Positions 55,929 through 64,000 of a stretch of DNA of 64,000 nucleotides are shown here, piece after piece (the stretch's first letter is position 1; the number at the start of each line of letters is the position of its first letter). The notes beneath the pieces were generated by a model. The model searched no databases. It was not told where the DNA came from and was given only the letters and a program-made list of their open reading frames with translations. Source of the DNA: an uncultured Burkholderiales bacterium (GTDB lineage Bacteria; Pseudomonadota; Gammaproteobacteria; Burkholderiales; Burkholderiaceae_C); assembly GCA_903932865.1 (NCBI GenBank), contig CAIZHQ010000020.1, forward strand, positions 34,001 through 98,000. Reading direction: 5' to 3'. Made by a program: the position numbers and the translations under genes.

Positions 55929-56921
55929 TCACCAGCGCTGCTGGCCCAACTCCTCAAAAAGCTGCGCATAAATTCGGTGACGGCGCACGCCGATGGTGCC
56001 AGGGTGCTCAGCGGTTTCTACTTGCGCCAAAACGGCACAACCGGGTTCGTGCAAATGCGTGCAGTTGTAGAACTTGCATCCGCCCAAATGCTTTCGCAAA
56101 TCGGGCATGCAGTCGGCCAGGCGAGTGGGTTCGATGTGGTGCAGACCAAACTCCTGGAAACCGGGTGAATCGATCAAGGCCGTGCGTGCAGCGCCAGTTT
56201 CAGCACCCTTTTGAGTCCCCCCATCGAGCGCGGGCACCCAGTACCAACGCGTGCTGGTCGTGGTGTGCTTGCCCGAGTTGAGCGCCAGCGAAATTTCACC
56301 GGTTTCCACCTGCGCATCGGGCAGCAGGCGGTTGATCAACGTGCTTTTGCCGCTGCCCGACGGCCCCAGCACCAAGGTGGTCAGACCTTTGAGCTTGGCG
56401 CACAAAGCGGTCACGCCATCATCGGCCACCGGGCTGCGTGGGCTCAGGCTGATCGGCATGACGCTGTAACCCATGGCGCGGTAGGGGGCCAGGCGGTTCC
56501 AAGCCTGGGCAAAGGGCAGCGCCAGATCGCTTTTGTTGAGCGCGATGATGGGCGTGATGCGTTCGGCTTCAGCCGCCACCAAGGCACGAGACAGTTGGCT
56601 TTCTGAATACTCAGGGTCGGCCGCGATCAGGATCAGCACGCGGTCCAGATTGGCGGCAAAGGATTTGGTGCGGATTTCGTCTTGCCTGTAAAAAAGGTTG
56701 CGGCGCTCCTGCAACTTTTCGATGCTGCCCTCATCGCCTGCGATTTGCCACAGCACCTGGTCGCCCACGACCACCTGGTTTTTCTTGCCCCGTGGGTGGC
56801 AAATCAGGCGGCGACCTTCGGGCGTCTCCACCAGGCAATGGCGGCCATAGGTGGCCACCACCAAGCCTGGCTCCAGATCGTTGGCTTGGGGCAAAGCCGG
56901 GCGCGCTTTGGGTTTGTTCAT
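55929..56921 (-). CDS. rsgA: ribosome small-subunit-dependent GTPase A
   Basis: 330 aa with an OB-fold N-terminus, NKSDL, GPSGSGKSTLIN, and the zinc knuckle CKFYNCTHLHEPGC. Confidence 0.93.
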   Translation of the reverse strand: MNKPKARPALPQANDLEPGLVVATYGRHCLVETPEGRRLICHPRGKKNQVVVGDQVLWQIAGDEGSIEKLQERRNLFYRQDEIRTKSFAANLDRVLILIAADPEYSESQLSRALVAAEAERITPIIALNKSDLALPFAQAWNRLAPYRAMGYSVMPISLSPRSPVADDGVTALCAKLKGLTTLVLGPSGSGKSTLINRLLPDAQVETGEISLALNSGKHTTTSTRWYWVPALDGGTQKGAETGAARTALIDSPGFQEFGLHHIEPTRLADCMPDLRKHLGGCKFYNCTHLHEPGCAVLAQVETAEHPGTIGVRRHRIYAQLFEELGQQRW

Positions 56922-57229
56922 GCCGGTAGCAAGGCATCGGTCTGGGTCGCGGCCTCGAAGTCGAGTCGGCTCAGCCCACGCACATCATGCGTGTTCCATC
57001 TGACCACGCAGCGGCGGTAGGTCAGCACCAGTTCAGGGTGGTGGTTGAGTTTTTCAGACAACCAGCCCACGCTGTTGACGAAGAGCAAAGCGTGTGCGTG
57101 TTCGGCAAACGCAAAGGTCTTTTCGATGACAACGTTTTCACCATCTCCCGACAATCGCCAGCCTGAAATCTGGCCGAGCGCCATGATCACTTCAGTGGGC
57201 TTGAGGGCGCGAACTTCTGGCGAATTCAT
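56918..57229 (-). CDS. 4a-hydroxytetrahydrobiopterin dehydratase (PCD/DCoH family)
   Basis: 103 aa with LNHHPELVLTYRRCVVRWNTH. Both ends overlap the neighbouring genes as ATGA. Confidence 0.85.
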   Translation of the reverse strand: MNSPEVRALKPTEVIMALGQISGWRLSGDGENVVIEKTFAFAEHAHALLFVNSVGWLSEKLNHHPELVLTYRRCVVRWNTHDVRGLSRLDFEAATQTDALLPA

Positions 57230-58485
57230 GCGGTTTTCATCCTCAGCAAACGCTCACTGGCGGGGGGGTGCGAGTAATAAAACTTCACATACCAAGGGTC
57301 GGGCGTCAGGGTCGACGCATTGTCTTGATAGAGCTTCAACAAGGCCGAGGACAAATCTTTGCCTGGCGTTTGTGAAACGGCGTAAGCATCAGCCTCAAAC
57401 TCCTGCTGGCGCGAGCGCCAAGACGACAAGGGCGCAAAAAACAGTGTGAACACGGGCGTGACCAACATGAACAAGACCAGCGCCAGCGCATCGTTGCTGC
57501 CCGTCAAATTGGGCATCACGCCCAGGCCCGTGTAAAACCACAGTTGCTGCGCCAGCCAGCCCAGCAACGCCAAACCCGCCAGTGTCATGGCAAAGCTGGT
57601 CGCCATCATTTTGACGATGTGTTTGTGCTTGAAGTGGCCCAACTCATGGGCCAGCACCGCTTCCATTTCGGCCGGGCTCAGTTGCTTGAGCAAGGTGTCG
57701 AAAAACACCACGCGCTTGCTGGCGCCAAAGCCTGTGAAAAAAGCATTCGAGTGTGCCGATCGGCGGCTGCCGTCCATCACAAAAAAACCTTTGGCGGTGA
57801 AGCCTGCGCGTTGCATCAGGCCCTGCACGCGGGCCTTGAGCGACTCGTCTTCCAAAGGCGTGAATTTGTTGAACAGCGGCATGATCACATTCGGGGCAAT
57901 CGCCATCAAAAACAGTTGCCAAACCACCAGCACGCCCCAGGCCCACAGCCACCACCAGGCGCCACCGGCTTGCATGAGCCACAGCACCACCCACAGCAGC
58001 GGCAGACCCAGCGCCAAACCCAGCACCAATCCCTTGGCCATGTCGGCGAGCCACAAAGCCGGCGTGATCTTATTGAAGCCAAAGCGCTGCTCTACGCCAA
58101 AGGTTTGAATGAGCGACAGGGGCAATCCGATCAGACCACCTACCAGCGTGAAGCCCAGCACCAGCGCGATTTGCTGCGCCATGCCCGGGCCCATCCAGTC
58201 CAACAGCACCTGATTGAGCGCATCGAGCCCACCCAGCAGCGTCCAGCCCAGGAGCACGGCGGCATCCAGGGCGATGTCGATTTGCGACAGTCGGGCTTTG
58301 GCCAAGGTGTAATCGGCCGCTTTTTGGTGGTCGGCCAAGGCCATGCTTTTGGCATAAGCCACAGGCACGGCACTGCGGTGTCGGGCCACATGCCGCACCT
58401 GGCGGGCATTCAACCAGAACTTGAGCGCCACATGGCTCAGCAAGGCCACCACCAGAGTCAGGGTCAAAGTCAAGGATGTATTCAT
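57226..58485 (-). CDS. M48-family (Ste24/HtpX-like) zinc metallopeptidase
   Basis: ORF trimmed to [18 protein letters not shown]. It has multiple TM segments and the motif [10 protein letters not shown]. Confidence 0.88.
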   Translation of the reverse strand: MNTSLTLTLTLVVALLSHVALKFWLNARQVRHVARHRSAVPVAYAKSMALADHQKAADYTLAKARLSQIDIALDAAVLLGWTLLGGLDALNQVLLDWMGPGMAQQIALVLGFTLVGGLIGLPLSLIQTFGVEQRFGFNKITPALWLADMAKGLVLGLALGLPLLWVVLWLMQAGGAWWWLWAWGVLVVWQLFLMAIAPNVIMPLFNKFTPLEDESLKARVQGLMQRAGFTAKGFFVMDGSRRSAHSNAFFTGFGASKRVVFFDTLLKQLSPAEMEAVLAHELGHFKHKHIVKMMATSFAMTLAGLALLGWLAQQLWFYTGLGVMPNLTGSNDALALVLFMLVTPVFTLFFAPLSSWRSRQQEFEADAYAVSQTPGKDLSSALLKLYQDNASTLTPDPWYVKFYYSHPPASERLLRMKTA

Positions 58486-58580
58486 GCCGCCATTGTAGGA
58501 GCCGCACCCTGCGCACCTTGTCATGCACCAAGATTCAGACCCGATGCCGAAGGGCTCATGCCATCAGCGACAATCCGTGC

Positions 58581-59171
58581 ATGTCTGATGCGAACACCCA
58601 CACCCCCGCCCCTGAAGCCTCTGTATTGCCCAAATCAGATCAAAACCTGGTCTGGATTGACTGCGAGATGACGGGCCTGGACCCCGAAAAAGAACGCCTG
58701 CTGGAGATCGCCGTCATCGTGACGGGCCCGCACCTCACGCCCCGCATTGAAGGCCCGGTGCTGGTGATCCACCAAAGCGATGAACTGCTGAATCTAATGG
58801 ACAAATGGAACAAAGGCACCCACGGAAAAAGCGGATTGATCGACAAGGTCAAGACCTCTACCACCAGCGAAGCCGATGCCGAAGCCCAGATCCTGGCCTT
58901 TCTGAAAAAGTACTTGCCCAAAAACAGTTCACCGCTGTGCGGTAACACCATCAGCCAAGACCGGCGCTTCTTGGTCAAGTACATGCCCAAGCTGGAAGCG
59001 TTTTTCCACTACCGCAACCTGGACGTGAGCACCCTCAAAGAGTTGTCTCGTCGCTGGAAGCCCGAGGTGTATGCCAGTTTCAAAAAGCAGCAAAAACACA
59101 CCGCGCTGGCCGACGTGCACGAGTCGATCGACGAGCTGTCACATTACCGCGAGCATTTCATCCGTTTGTGA
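58581..59171 (+). CDS. orn: oligoribonuclease
   Basis: ORF trimmed to MSDANTHTP. It has the DEDDh motifs [21 protein letters not shown] and [14 protein letters not shown]. Confidence 0.93.
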   Translation: MSDANTHTPAPEASVLPKSDQNLVWIDCEMTGLDPEKERLLEIAVIVTGPHLTPRIEGPVLVIHQSDELLNLMDKWNKGTHGKSGLIDKVKTSTTSEADAEAQILAFLKKYLPKNSSPLCGNTISQDRRFLVKYMPKLEAFFHYRNLDVSTLKELSRRWKPEVYASFKKQQKHTALADVHESIDELSHYREHFIRL

Positions 59172-59179
59172 TTTTTCAG

Positions 59180-59200
59180 GGAAAACCCTAGCGGTTTTCC
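59180..59200 (+). terminator. hairpin immediately after orn (terminator candidate)
   Basis: Stem GGAAAACC / GGTTTTCC with loop CTAGC, 9 nt after the orn stop. There is no separate U-tract beyond the stem. Confidence 0.35.
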
Positions 59201-59431
59201 ATGATCCGTGCCATAATGACGCATCGTTGCATCTAAGTGCGGCGTTTCACACATCTCCCTTCATGCCTTGACCCAACGATAGGGTCACTCACAGCGGCCA
59301 GGCTTCATGCCAAGCGCCACTCGCGAGCACCGTTTGATGGTTGATGTTTTTTCAACCTTGCGGTGCCTGCGGCCCAATTCAACAGCTTTTCTGTTGGTGG
59401 TCGTTGTTCCGTGCGAGCTTTATAGAACCAC

Positions 59432-61513
59432 ATGACTGACACTTTGAACACAGTGCAGGACGACTTGTCGCCTGCCGAAAACACATCCATCGTCACCGAG
59501 TCCCCGGCACAGAATGCCCCGATCAATTTGGCCACGGAAATCATGGTCGCCGCAGCGGCCGAAATCACACCTGAAGTCACGACTGAAGTGGCCGAAGAAG
59601 TCGAAGCCATCGCCGACCTGCCCAACGGTTTCGTTGAGCTGGGCCTTGCCCCTGAGCTGGTGCAAGCTGTCGCTGATTTGGGCTATACACAGCCCACCGC
59701 CGTGCAACTGCGCGCCATTCCATTGGCTCTGCCCACAGCGGGCGGCTCCAAAGACGGCAAGTCCAATGGTTACACCGACCTGATGGTGTCCAGTCAGACT
59801 GGCAGCGGCAAAACCGCCGCTTTCTTGCTGCCCGTGCTGCACACGCTGATCCAACAAATGGCCGAGCAAGAGGCCACTGAGCGCGCCGAGTTTGAGCAAG
59901 CCTGTGCCGACGCCGCCGCCAAAGGCGAGCCCGCACCCAAGCGCGCCAAGCGCAAAGACCCCACCAACCCCCGCAACTTCAAAGCACCCGCACCGGGCGC
60001 CTTGATTGTTTGCCCGACCCGTGAATTGGCCCAGCAGGTGGCGCAAGACGCCATCGAACTGGTCAAGCACACCCGCGGTCTGCGCGTGGCCAACGTGGTC
60101 GGCGGCATTCCTTACCAATTGCAAATTGCGAAACTGCAAAACGCCAACTTGGTCGTGGCCACGCCCGGCCGCTTGCTCGACCTGCAACGCTCGATGCAAA
60201 TCAAGCTGGACCAGGTGCAGTTTTTGGTGGTGGACGAAGCCGACCGCATGCTCGACCTTGGCTTTTCGGACGACTTGGCCGACATCAACGACCTGACCAG
60301 CCAGCGCCGCCAAACCATGATGTTCAGTGCCACCTTTGCGCCGCGCATTCAGCAACTGGCCATGCGCGTGATGCACGACGGTGGTTCTTCGGTGCAGAAA
60401 ATCCAGATCGACAACCCTCAGGAAAAGCACAACAACATCAAACAGGTGCTGTTCTGGGCCGACAATGCGCAGCACAAGCGCCAGATGCTCGACCACTGGT
60501 TGCGTGACGCCACGATTGACCAAGCCATCGTGTTCTCCAGCACCCAAATCGAGTGCGACGGCTTGGCCGCTGACCTGCAGCAAGATGGCTTCTCGGCAGT
60601 GGCCCTGCACGGCGCTTTGAGCCAAGGCATGCGCAACCGCCGCCTGATGGCGCTGCGCAACGGCCAAGTCCAGATTCTGGTCGCCACCGACGTCGCCGCT
60701 CGCGGCATCGACGTACCCACCATCACCCACGTCTTCAACTTCGGCTTGCCGATGAAGGCTGAAGACTACACCCACCGCATTGGTCGCACAGGACGTGCAG
60801 GCCGCGACGGCTTGGCCGTGACCTTTGCCGAGATCCGTGACCGCCGCAAGATCGGAGACATCGAGTCCTACACACGCCAGCCTTTCAAGGCCGAAGTGAT
60901 TCCAGGCCTGGAGCCCAAGGTGCGCATGCCCGAAGCCCGCAAGCCCATGGGCCGTGGCGGTGACCGATTTGGTGGCGAGCGCAATTACGCCAACGCAGGC
61001 GGTGGTTTCCGTGGTGGCCGTCCCGCCCCCGGTGGCCGCGACTTCGGTGGCAACCGTGAGCGAGACAATGGTGGCGGTGGCTTTGACAACCGCCCCCCGC
61101 GTGGCAACTTCCGTGACGAGCAGCCGCGCTTTGATCAGCGCAGCGAACCCCGCTTCGATGCCCGCAAGGATGGCGGCCGTTTTGACGCTCCACGTGGTGG
61201 CGACACCCGTGGTGGAGACCGCTTTGAGCAGCGCGGTGCACCTGCGCACCCCTGGGACAAGGGTGACAGCCGCCCTGCCCCGCGACAAGACGCTCGCCAG
61301 GACGGTCCACGTCAGGGTGGCCGTTGGGAAGACCGTGGCGGTGACAACCGCAACGCCGCTCGTCCCGCGCCTCGCGGCGCGGCAGGTGCCGGTGACAAGT
61401 TCGCCCGCGGACCCAAGCCCTTTGGTGCCAGCAACTTCAAACCACATGCCGCAGGCGAAGGCCCTGCTGGCAAGCGTGGCGGCACTCGCGTGCTGAAAAT
61501 CACGCGCGCTTGA
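59432..61513 (+). CDS. DEAD-box ATP-dependent RNA helicase with acidic N-extension and long Arg/Gly-rich C-tail
   Basis: 693 aa with SQTGSGKTAAF, PTRELAQQ, VVDEADRMLD, SAT and HRIGRTGRAG. The start could alternatively be an internal ATG, since the SD is weak. Confidence 0.9.
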   Translation: MTDTLNTVQDDLSPAENTSIVTESPAQNAPINLATEIMVAAAAEITPEVTTEVAEEVEAIADLPNGFVELGLAPELVQAVADLGYTQPTAVQLRAIPLALPTAGGSKDGKSNGYTDLMVSSQTGSGKTAAFLLPVLHTLIQQMAEQEATERAEFEQACADAAAKGEPAPKRAKRKDPTNPRNFKAPAPGALIVCPTRELAQQVAQDAIELVKHTRGLRVANVVGGIPYQLQIAKLQNANLVVATPGRLLDLQRSMQIKLDQVQFLVVDEADRMLDLGFSDDLADINDLTSQRRQTMMFSATFAPRIQQLAMRVMHDGGSSVQKIQIDNPQEKHNNIKQVLFWADNAQHKRQMLDHWLRDATIDQAIVFSSTQIECDGLAADLQQDGFSAVALHGALSQGMRNRRLMALRNGQVQILVATDVAARGIDVPTITHVFNFGLPMKAEDYTHRIGRTGRAGRDGLAVTFAEIRDRRKIGDIESYTRQPFKAEVIPGLEPKVRMPEARKPMGRGGDRFGGERNYANAGGGFRGGRPAPGGRDFGGNRERDNGGGGFDNRPPRGNFRDEQPRFDQRSEPRFDARKDGGRFDAPRGGDTRGGDRFEQRGAPAHPWDKGDSRPAPRQDARQDGPRQGGRWEDRGGDNRNAARPAPRGAAGAGDKFARGPKPFGASNFKPHAAGEGPAGKRGGTRVLKITRA

Positions 61514-61554
61514 TCGTTTCCCTGGGTTTCACCCAGGACTTCAAGATCCCCTCC

Positions 61555-61586
61555 AAGGTCTTGCCCGCACCGGCAAGGCCTTTTTT
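61555..61586 (+). terminator. intrinsic terminator of the helicase gene
   Basis: Stem AAGGTCTTGCC / GGCAAGGCCTT (11 bp with one G-U pair) and loop CGCACC. It is followed by TTTTTT. Confidence 0.8.
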
Positions 61587-61637
61587 CATGGCCGGACGGC
61601 ATGGATGTGCGCATGGCTCTACGTTTTGAAGCACCCA

Positions 61638-61675
61638 TAAAAAAACCGCCCTGGGCGCAAACCCGGGCGGTTTTT
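61638..61675 (-). terminator. intrinsic terminator of rplS (hairpin flanked by A- and T-runs, potentially bidirectional)
   Basis: The plus strand reads TAAAAAAAACCGCCCTGGGCGCAAACCCGGGCGGTTTTT. The stem is CCGCCC..GGGCGG, and the element lies 20 nt downstream of the rplS stop. Confidence 0.8.
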
Positions 61676-61694
61676 CCGCATGGCCGAAAAGGCT

Positions 61695-62078
61695 TTACGC
61701 TTTGGCAGCAGGTGCTGCTTTACGCTGAGGCAATTTTTCTTTGATGCGAGCCGACTTGCCACTGCGGTCACGCAGGTAGTACAGCTTGGCGCGGCGAACA
61801 TCACCACGGCGCTTGACTTCAATGCTGGCGATCACAGGGCTGTAGGTTTGAAACGTACGTTCCACGCCTTCGCCACTGGAGATCTTGCGCACAGTGAAGC
61901 CACTGTTCAGACCACGGTTACGCTTGGCGATCACAACACCTTCGTAGGCTTGAACACGCTTGCGCGCACCTTCCACCACGTTGACGCTGACGATCACGGT
62001 GTCGCCGGGGGCAAATTCAGGAATCACTTTACCCAGACGGGCAATTTCTTCCTGCTCAAGAGTTTGAATCAAATTCAT
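61695..62078 (-). CDS. rplS: 50S ribosomal protein L19
   Basis: ORF trimmed to [17 protein letters not shown], preceded by GGAG. Confidence 0.96.
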   Translation of the reverse strand: MNLIQTLEQEEIARLGKVIPEFAPGDTVIVSVNVVEGARKRVQAYEGVVIAKRNRGLNSGFTVRKISSGEGVERTFQTYSPVIASIEVKRRGDVRRAKLYYLRDRSGKSARIKEKLPQRKAAPAAKA

Positions 62079-62193
62079 TTTTGAACTCCGTCCGATCATG
62101 CCTCGCTACACAAGGGGCGTTCTGTGCTGTAAAGGCCATGCTTGTTCATGACTGAGCCAGATCGCGGCGGGTAGAGGATCGAAAAGCCCCTGA

Positions 62194-62991
62194 TTATAGC
62201 TTTTCCCCAGACGGGGGCTCTTTCGCGCCAGTCATGCTGGCAAGAGACTGTTTCAGAAAGGCATCGTCCTGGCGATTCAGACACCCAGCCTGGCGGGCTT
62301 GTTCGAGCAAATCGGGGCGGTGCATGGCCGTCAAACTCAGGCTTTGCTCACGCCGCCAACGCGCGATGTGCGCATGGTGACCCGACATCAATTCAGCTGG
62401 TACGGCATGGCCCTGCCAGACCTCGGGACGGGTGTAATGCGGGCTGTCCAGCAGACCGTCGAGCGCCGGGTTGAAGCTGTCGAGCTGGTGGCTGCCCTCA
62501 TCGCCCAGCACACCCGGCTGCAACCGGGCCACCGCATCCAGCAAGGCCATGGCCGCGATTTCACCGCCCGACAGCACAAAGTCGCCCAGACTGATTTGCT
62601 GGTCCACATACTGGTCGATAAAGCGTTGGTCCACGCCTTCATAGCGCCCACACAACATCACAGCGCCCGCGCTTGCCGACCATTGCTCAACGGCACCGTG
62701 GTTCAGCGTCTGACCAATGGGTGAAAACAGCACCAAAGGTGCAGGACTTGTTTCCTGGCGCTCAGCACGAATGGCCGTGAGGCATTTGAACAAGGGCTCG
62801 GCCAACATGACCATGCCAGGACCACCGCCAAATGAGCGGTCGTCGACACGACGGTAACGGCCTTCGGCGTGATCGCGGGGATTCCAGAAATGCACCTCCA
62901 CCAAACCGCTTTCGTAAGCACGGCGCGTGATGCCGCTGGTCAACAGCGGCGCAAACAGCTCGGGAAAGAGGGTGATGATGTCAAAGCGCAT
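62194..62991 (-). CDS. trmD: tRNA (guanine37-N1)-methyltransferase
   Basis: ORF trimmed to [17 protein letters not shown]. It has GGGPGMVM and GRYEGVDQR. Confidence 0.95.
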   Translation of the reverse strand: MRFDIITLFPELFAPLLTSGITRRAYESGLVEVHFWNPRDHAEGRYRRVDDRSFGGGPGMVMLAEPLFKCLTAIRAERQETSPAPLVLFSPIGQTLNHGAVEQWSASAGAVMLCGRYEGVDQRFIDQYVDQQISLGDFVLSGGEIAAMALLDAVARLQPGVLGDEGSHQLDSFNPALDGLLDSPHYTRPEVWQGHAVPAELMSGHHAHIARWRREQSLSLTAMHRPDLLEQARQAGCLNRQDDAFLKQSLASMTGAKEPPSGEKL

Positions 62992-63019
62992 GGGGATGGC
63001 CCTCCACGGCCGGGGCGGC

Positions 63020-63631
63020 TCAGTAGTCGGGCTGCCAGTCGACGGTGATGCGCTTGGCCGGCAAATCAACACCATCGACGAAAGCCGCCACAAACGGGAT
63101 CATGCGCTCGAGAGGTTTGCCACCTTCCGCTTCGGCCGAAGCTTCAATGACCAGCACCGTTTGTGGGCCGGTGGACATGAGGTCACGCACCTGACCCAGA
63201 TCCACACCTCCACGGTTGAACACTTGCAGTCCGATCAGATCGACCCAGTAGTACTCGCCCTCAGCCGCCGCAGGAAAGCTGGCGCGTGACACAAAAATTC
63301 GGCCACCGCGCAAGGTTTCGGATGTGTTGCGGTCGTCAATGCTTTGGGCACGTGCCACCACGGTGTCGGAGTGATCTTTGACTTCGAGGATATTGAGCAA
63401 CAACGGCTCACGCCAAGCCTGTTGTGCGGAGAATGCAGACTCTTGGCCACGCTGGGGTTTCATCGGCCGATCGGGTGGCAACAAAAACCAAGTTTTGGCA
63501 GAAAAAAGCGCCTCGGGCGAGGCGCTGTGGGGCAAGACCTTGAACCAGCCTTTGATGCCCCAAGCATCGGTGATGCGTCCGATTTCGATGGCGTCAGCCG
63601 GCAGTGCGGCTGTTTCCAAAGGGGGACGCAT
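63020..63631 (-). CDS. rimM: 16S rRNA processing protein RimM
   Basis: The ORF-track start is TTG; I use the ATG at 63629-63631 ([32 protein letters not shown]). It has a PRC barrel at the C-terminus. Confidence 0.9.
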   Translation of the reverse strand: MRPPLETAALPADAIEIGRITDAWGIKGWFKVLPHSASPEALFSAKTWFLLPPDRPMKPQRGQESAFSAQQAWREPLLLNILEVKDHSDTVVARAQSIDDRNTSETLRGGRIFVSRASFPAAAEGEYYWVDLIGLQVFNRGGVDLGQVRDLMSTGPQTVLVIEASAEAEGGKPLERMIPFVAAFVDGVDLPAKRITVDWQPDY

Positions 63632-63647
63632 GACCAAGTCGTGCCGA

Positions 63648-63899
63648 TCAGGCTGCGACTTTGCCAGATTGACGGATCAGGCGTTCCACAGTGGGAGAAG
63701 CCTGGGCGCCAACGCTTTTCCAGTAAGTCAAACGGTCTTGTGCAATGCGCAATCCCTCTTCGCCACCTTTGGCTGTGGGGTTGTAGAAACCGATGCGCTC
63801 GAGGAAGCGGCCATCGCGACGCACGCGCTTGTCGGCGACAACGATATTGAAAAAAGGACGTGCTTTAGAGCCGCCGCGGTTCAGACGAATAACAACCAT
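63648..63899 (-). CDS. rpsP: 30S ribosomal protein S16
   Basis: 83 aa, starting [41 protein letters not shown]. Confidence 0.97.
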   Translation of the reverse strand: MVVIRLNRGGSKARPFFNIVVADKRVRRDGRFLERIGFYNPTAKGGEEGLRIAQDRLTYWKSVGAQASPTVERLIRQSGKVAA

Positions 63900-64000
63900 G
63901 ATTTATCCTTGGGTGGTTGGACAACATCGGCAAAAATGGCCGAGATGCCCGGTATCCTTCAGCGTTTGAGACACGCAACTGGCCACCCGGCCAGTGACAC

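Noticed and set aside
59201-59236. An 11-codon mini-ORF, MIRAIMTHRCI, in the helicase leader, considered as a regulatory leader peptide.
   Set aside because: It has no SD and no run of regulatory codons. I cannot distinguish it from chance.
62079-62193. The 115-nt trmD-rplS spacer considered as an L19 leader or riboswitch-like element.
   Set aside because: I see only a possible long-range AGGGGC/GCCCCT pairing. I do not recognise it as matching any known L19 leader, and it cannot be evaluated without covariation data.
1-64000. A search by eye for CRISPR arrays, rRNA, other tRNAs, IS elements, prophage, toxin-antitoxin or defence genes.
   Set aside because: I found none. The only tandem repeat is the 22-bp, 2.5-copy unit at 27804-27858, and the only RNA gene I can support is tRNA-Leu. 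A by-eye scan can miss short or degenerate elements.

Overview
This is a high-GC chromosome segment; most 60-nt lines I hand-counted exceed 60% G+C. Gene content and order (secG, tRNA-Leu, nuoA-J; rpsO-pnp; glnA-DUF4124-ntrB-ntrC; rpsP-rimM-trmD-rplS) look like a Burkholderiales/Comamonadaceae-type betaproteobacterium. That assignment is inferred from synteny, not from a database hit. I call about 68 protein genes, one tRNA-Leu(GAG), one decayed gene fragment and several intrinsic terminators. I also call a sigma-54 promoter with NtrC-type enhancer sites upstream of glnA, and the classical +1 programmed frameshift in prfB. Almost everything is housekeeping: respiratory complex I, nitrogen regulation, central metabolism, and many RNA-modification and ribosome-biogenesis genes (rluE, rluA-like, rsuA, dusC, trmD, rimM, rsgA, orn, pnp, a DEAD-box helicase). 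I saw no rRNA, CRISPR array, transposase, integrase, phage gene or recognisable defence gene. I therefore do not claim a new multi-gene system. The leads worth a second look are: (1) an SRAP/YedK-fold protein without the catalytic N-terminal Cys; (2) a textbook intrinsic terminator after glnA whose hairpin and U-tract lie inside the coding sequence for the signal peptide of the next gene; (3) a single-gene low-GC insertion encoding a secreted serine hydrolase, plus a decayed related fragment elsewhere; (4) a tightly packed five-gene cluster of poorly characterised envelope-type proteins ending at the glnA enhancer; (5) an NYN-like protein of unknown role; and (6) several smaller regulatory or structural oddities. 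All similarity statements are by-eye motif recognition; no searches were run.
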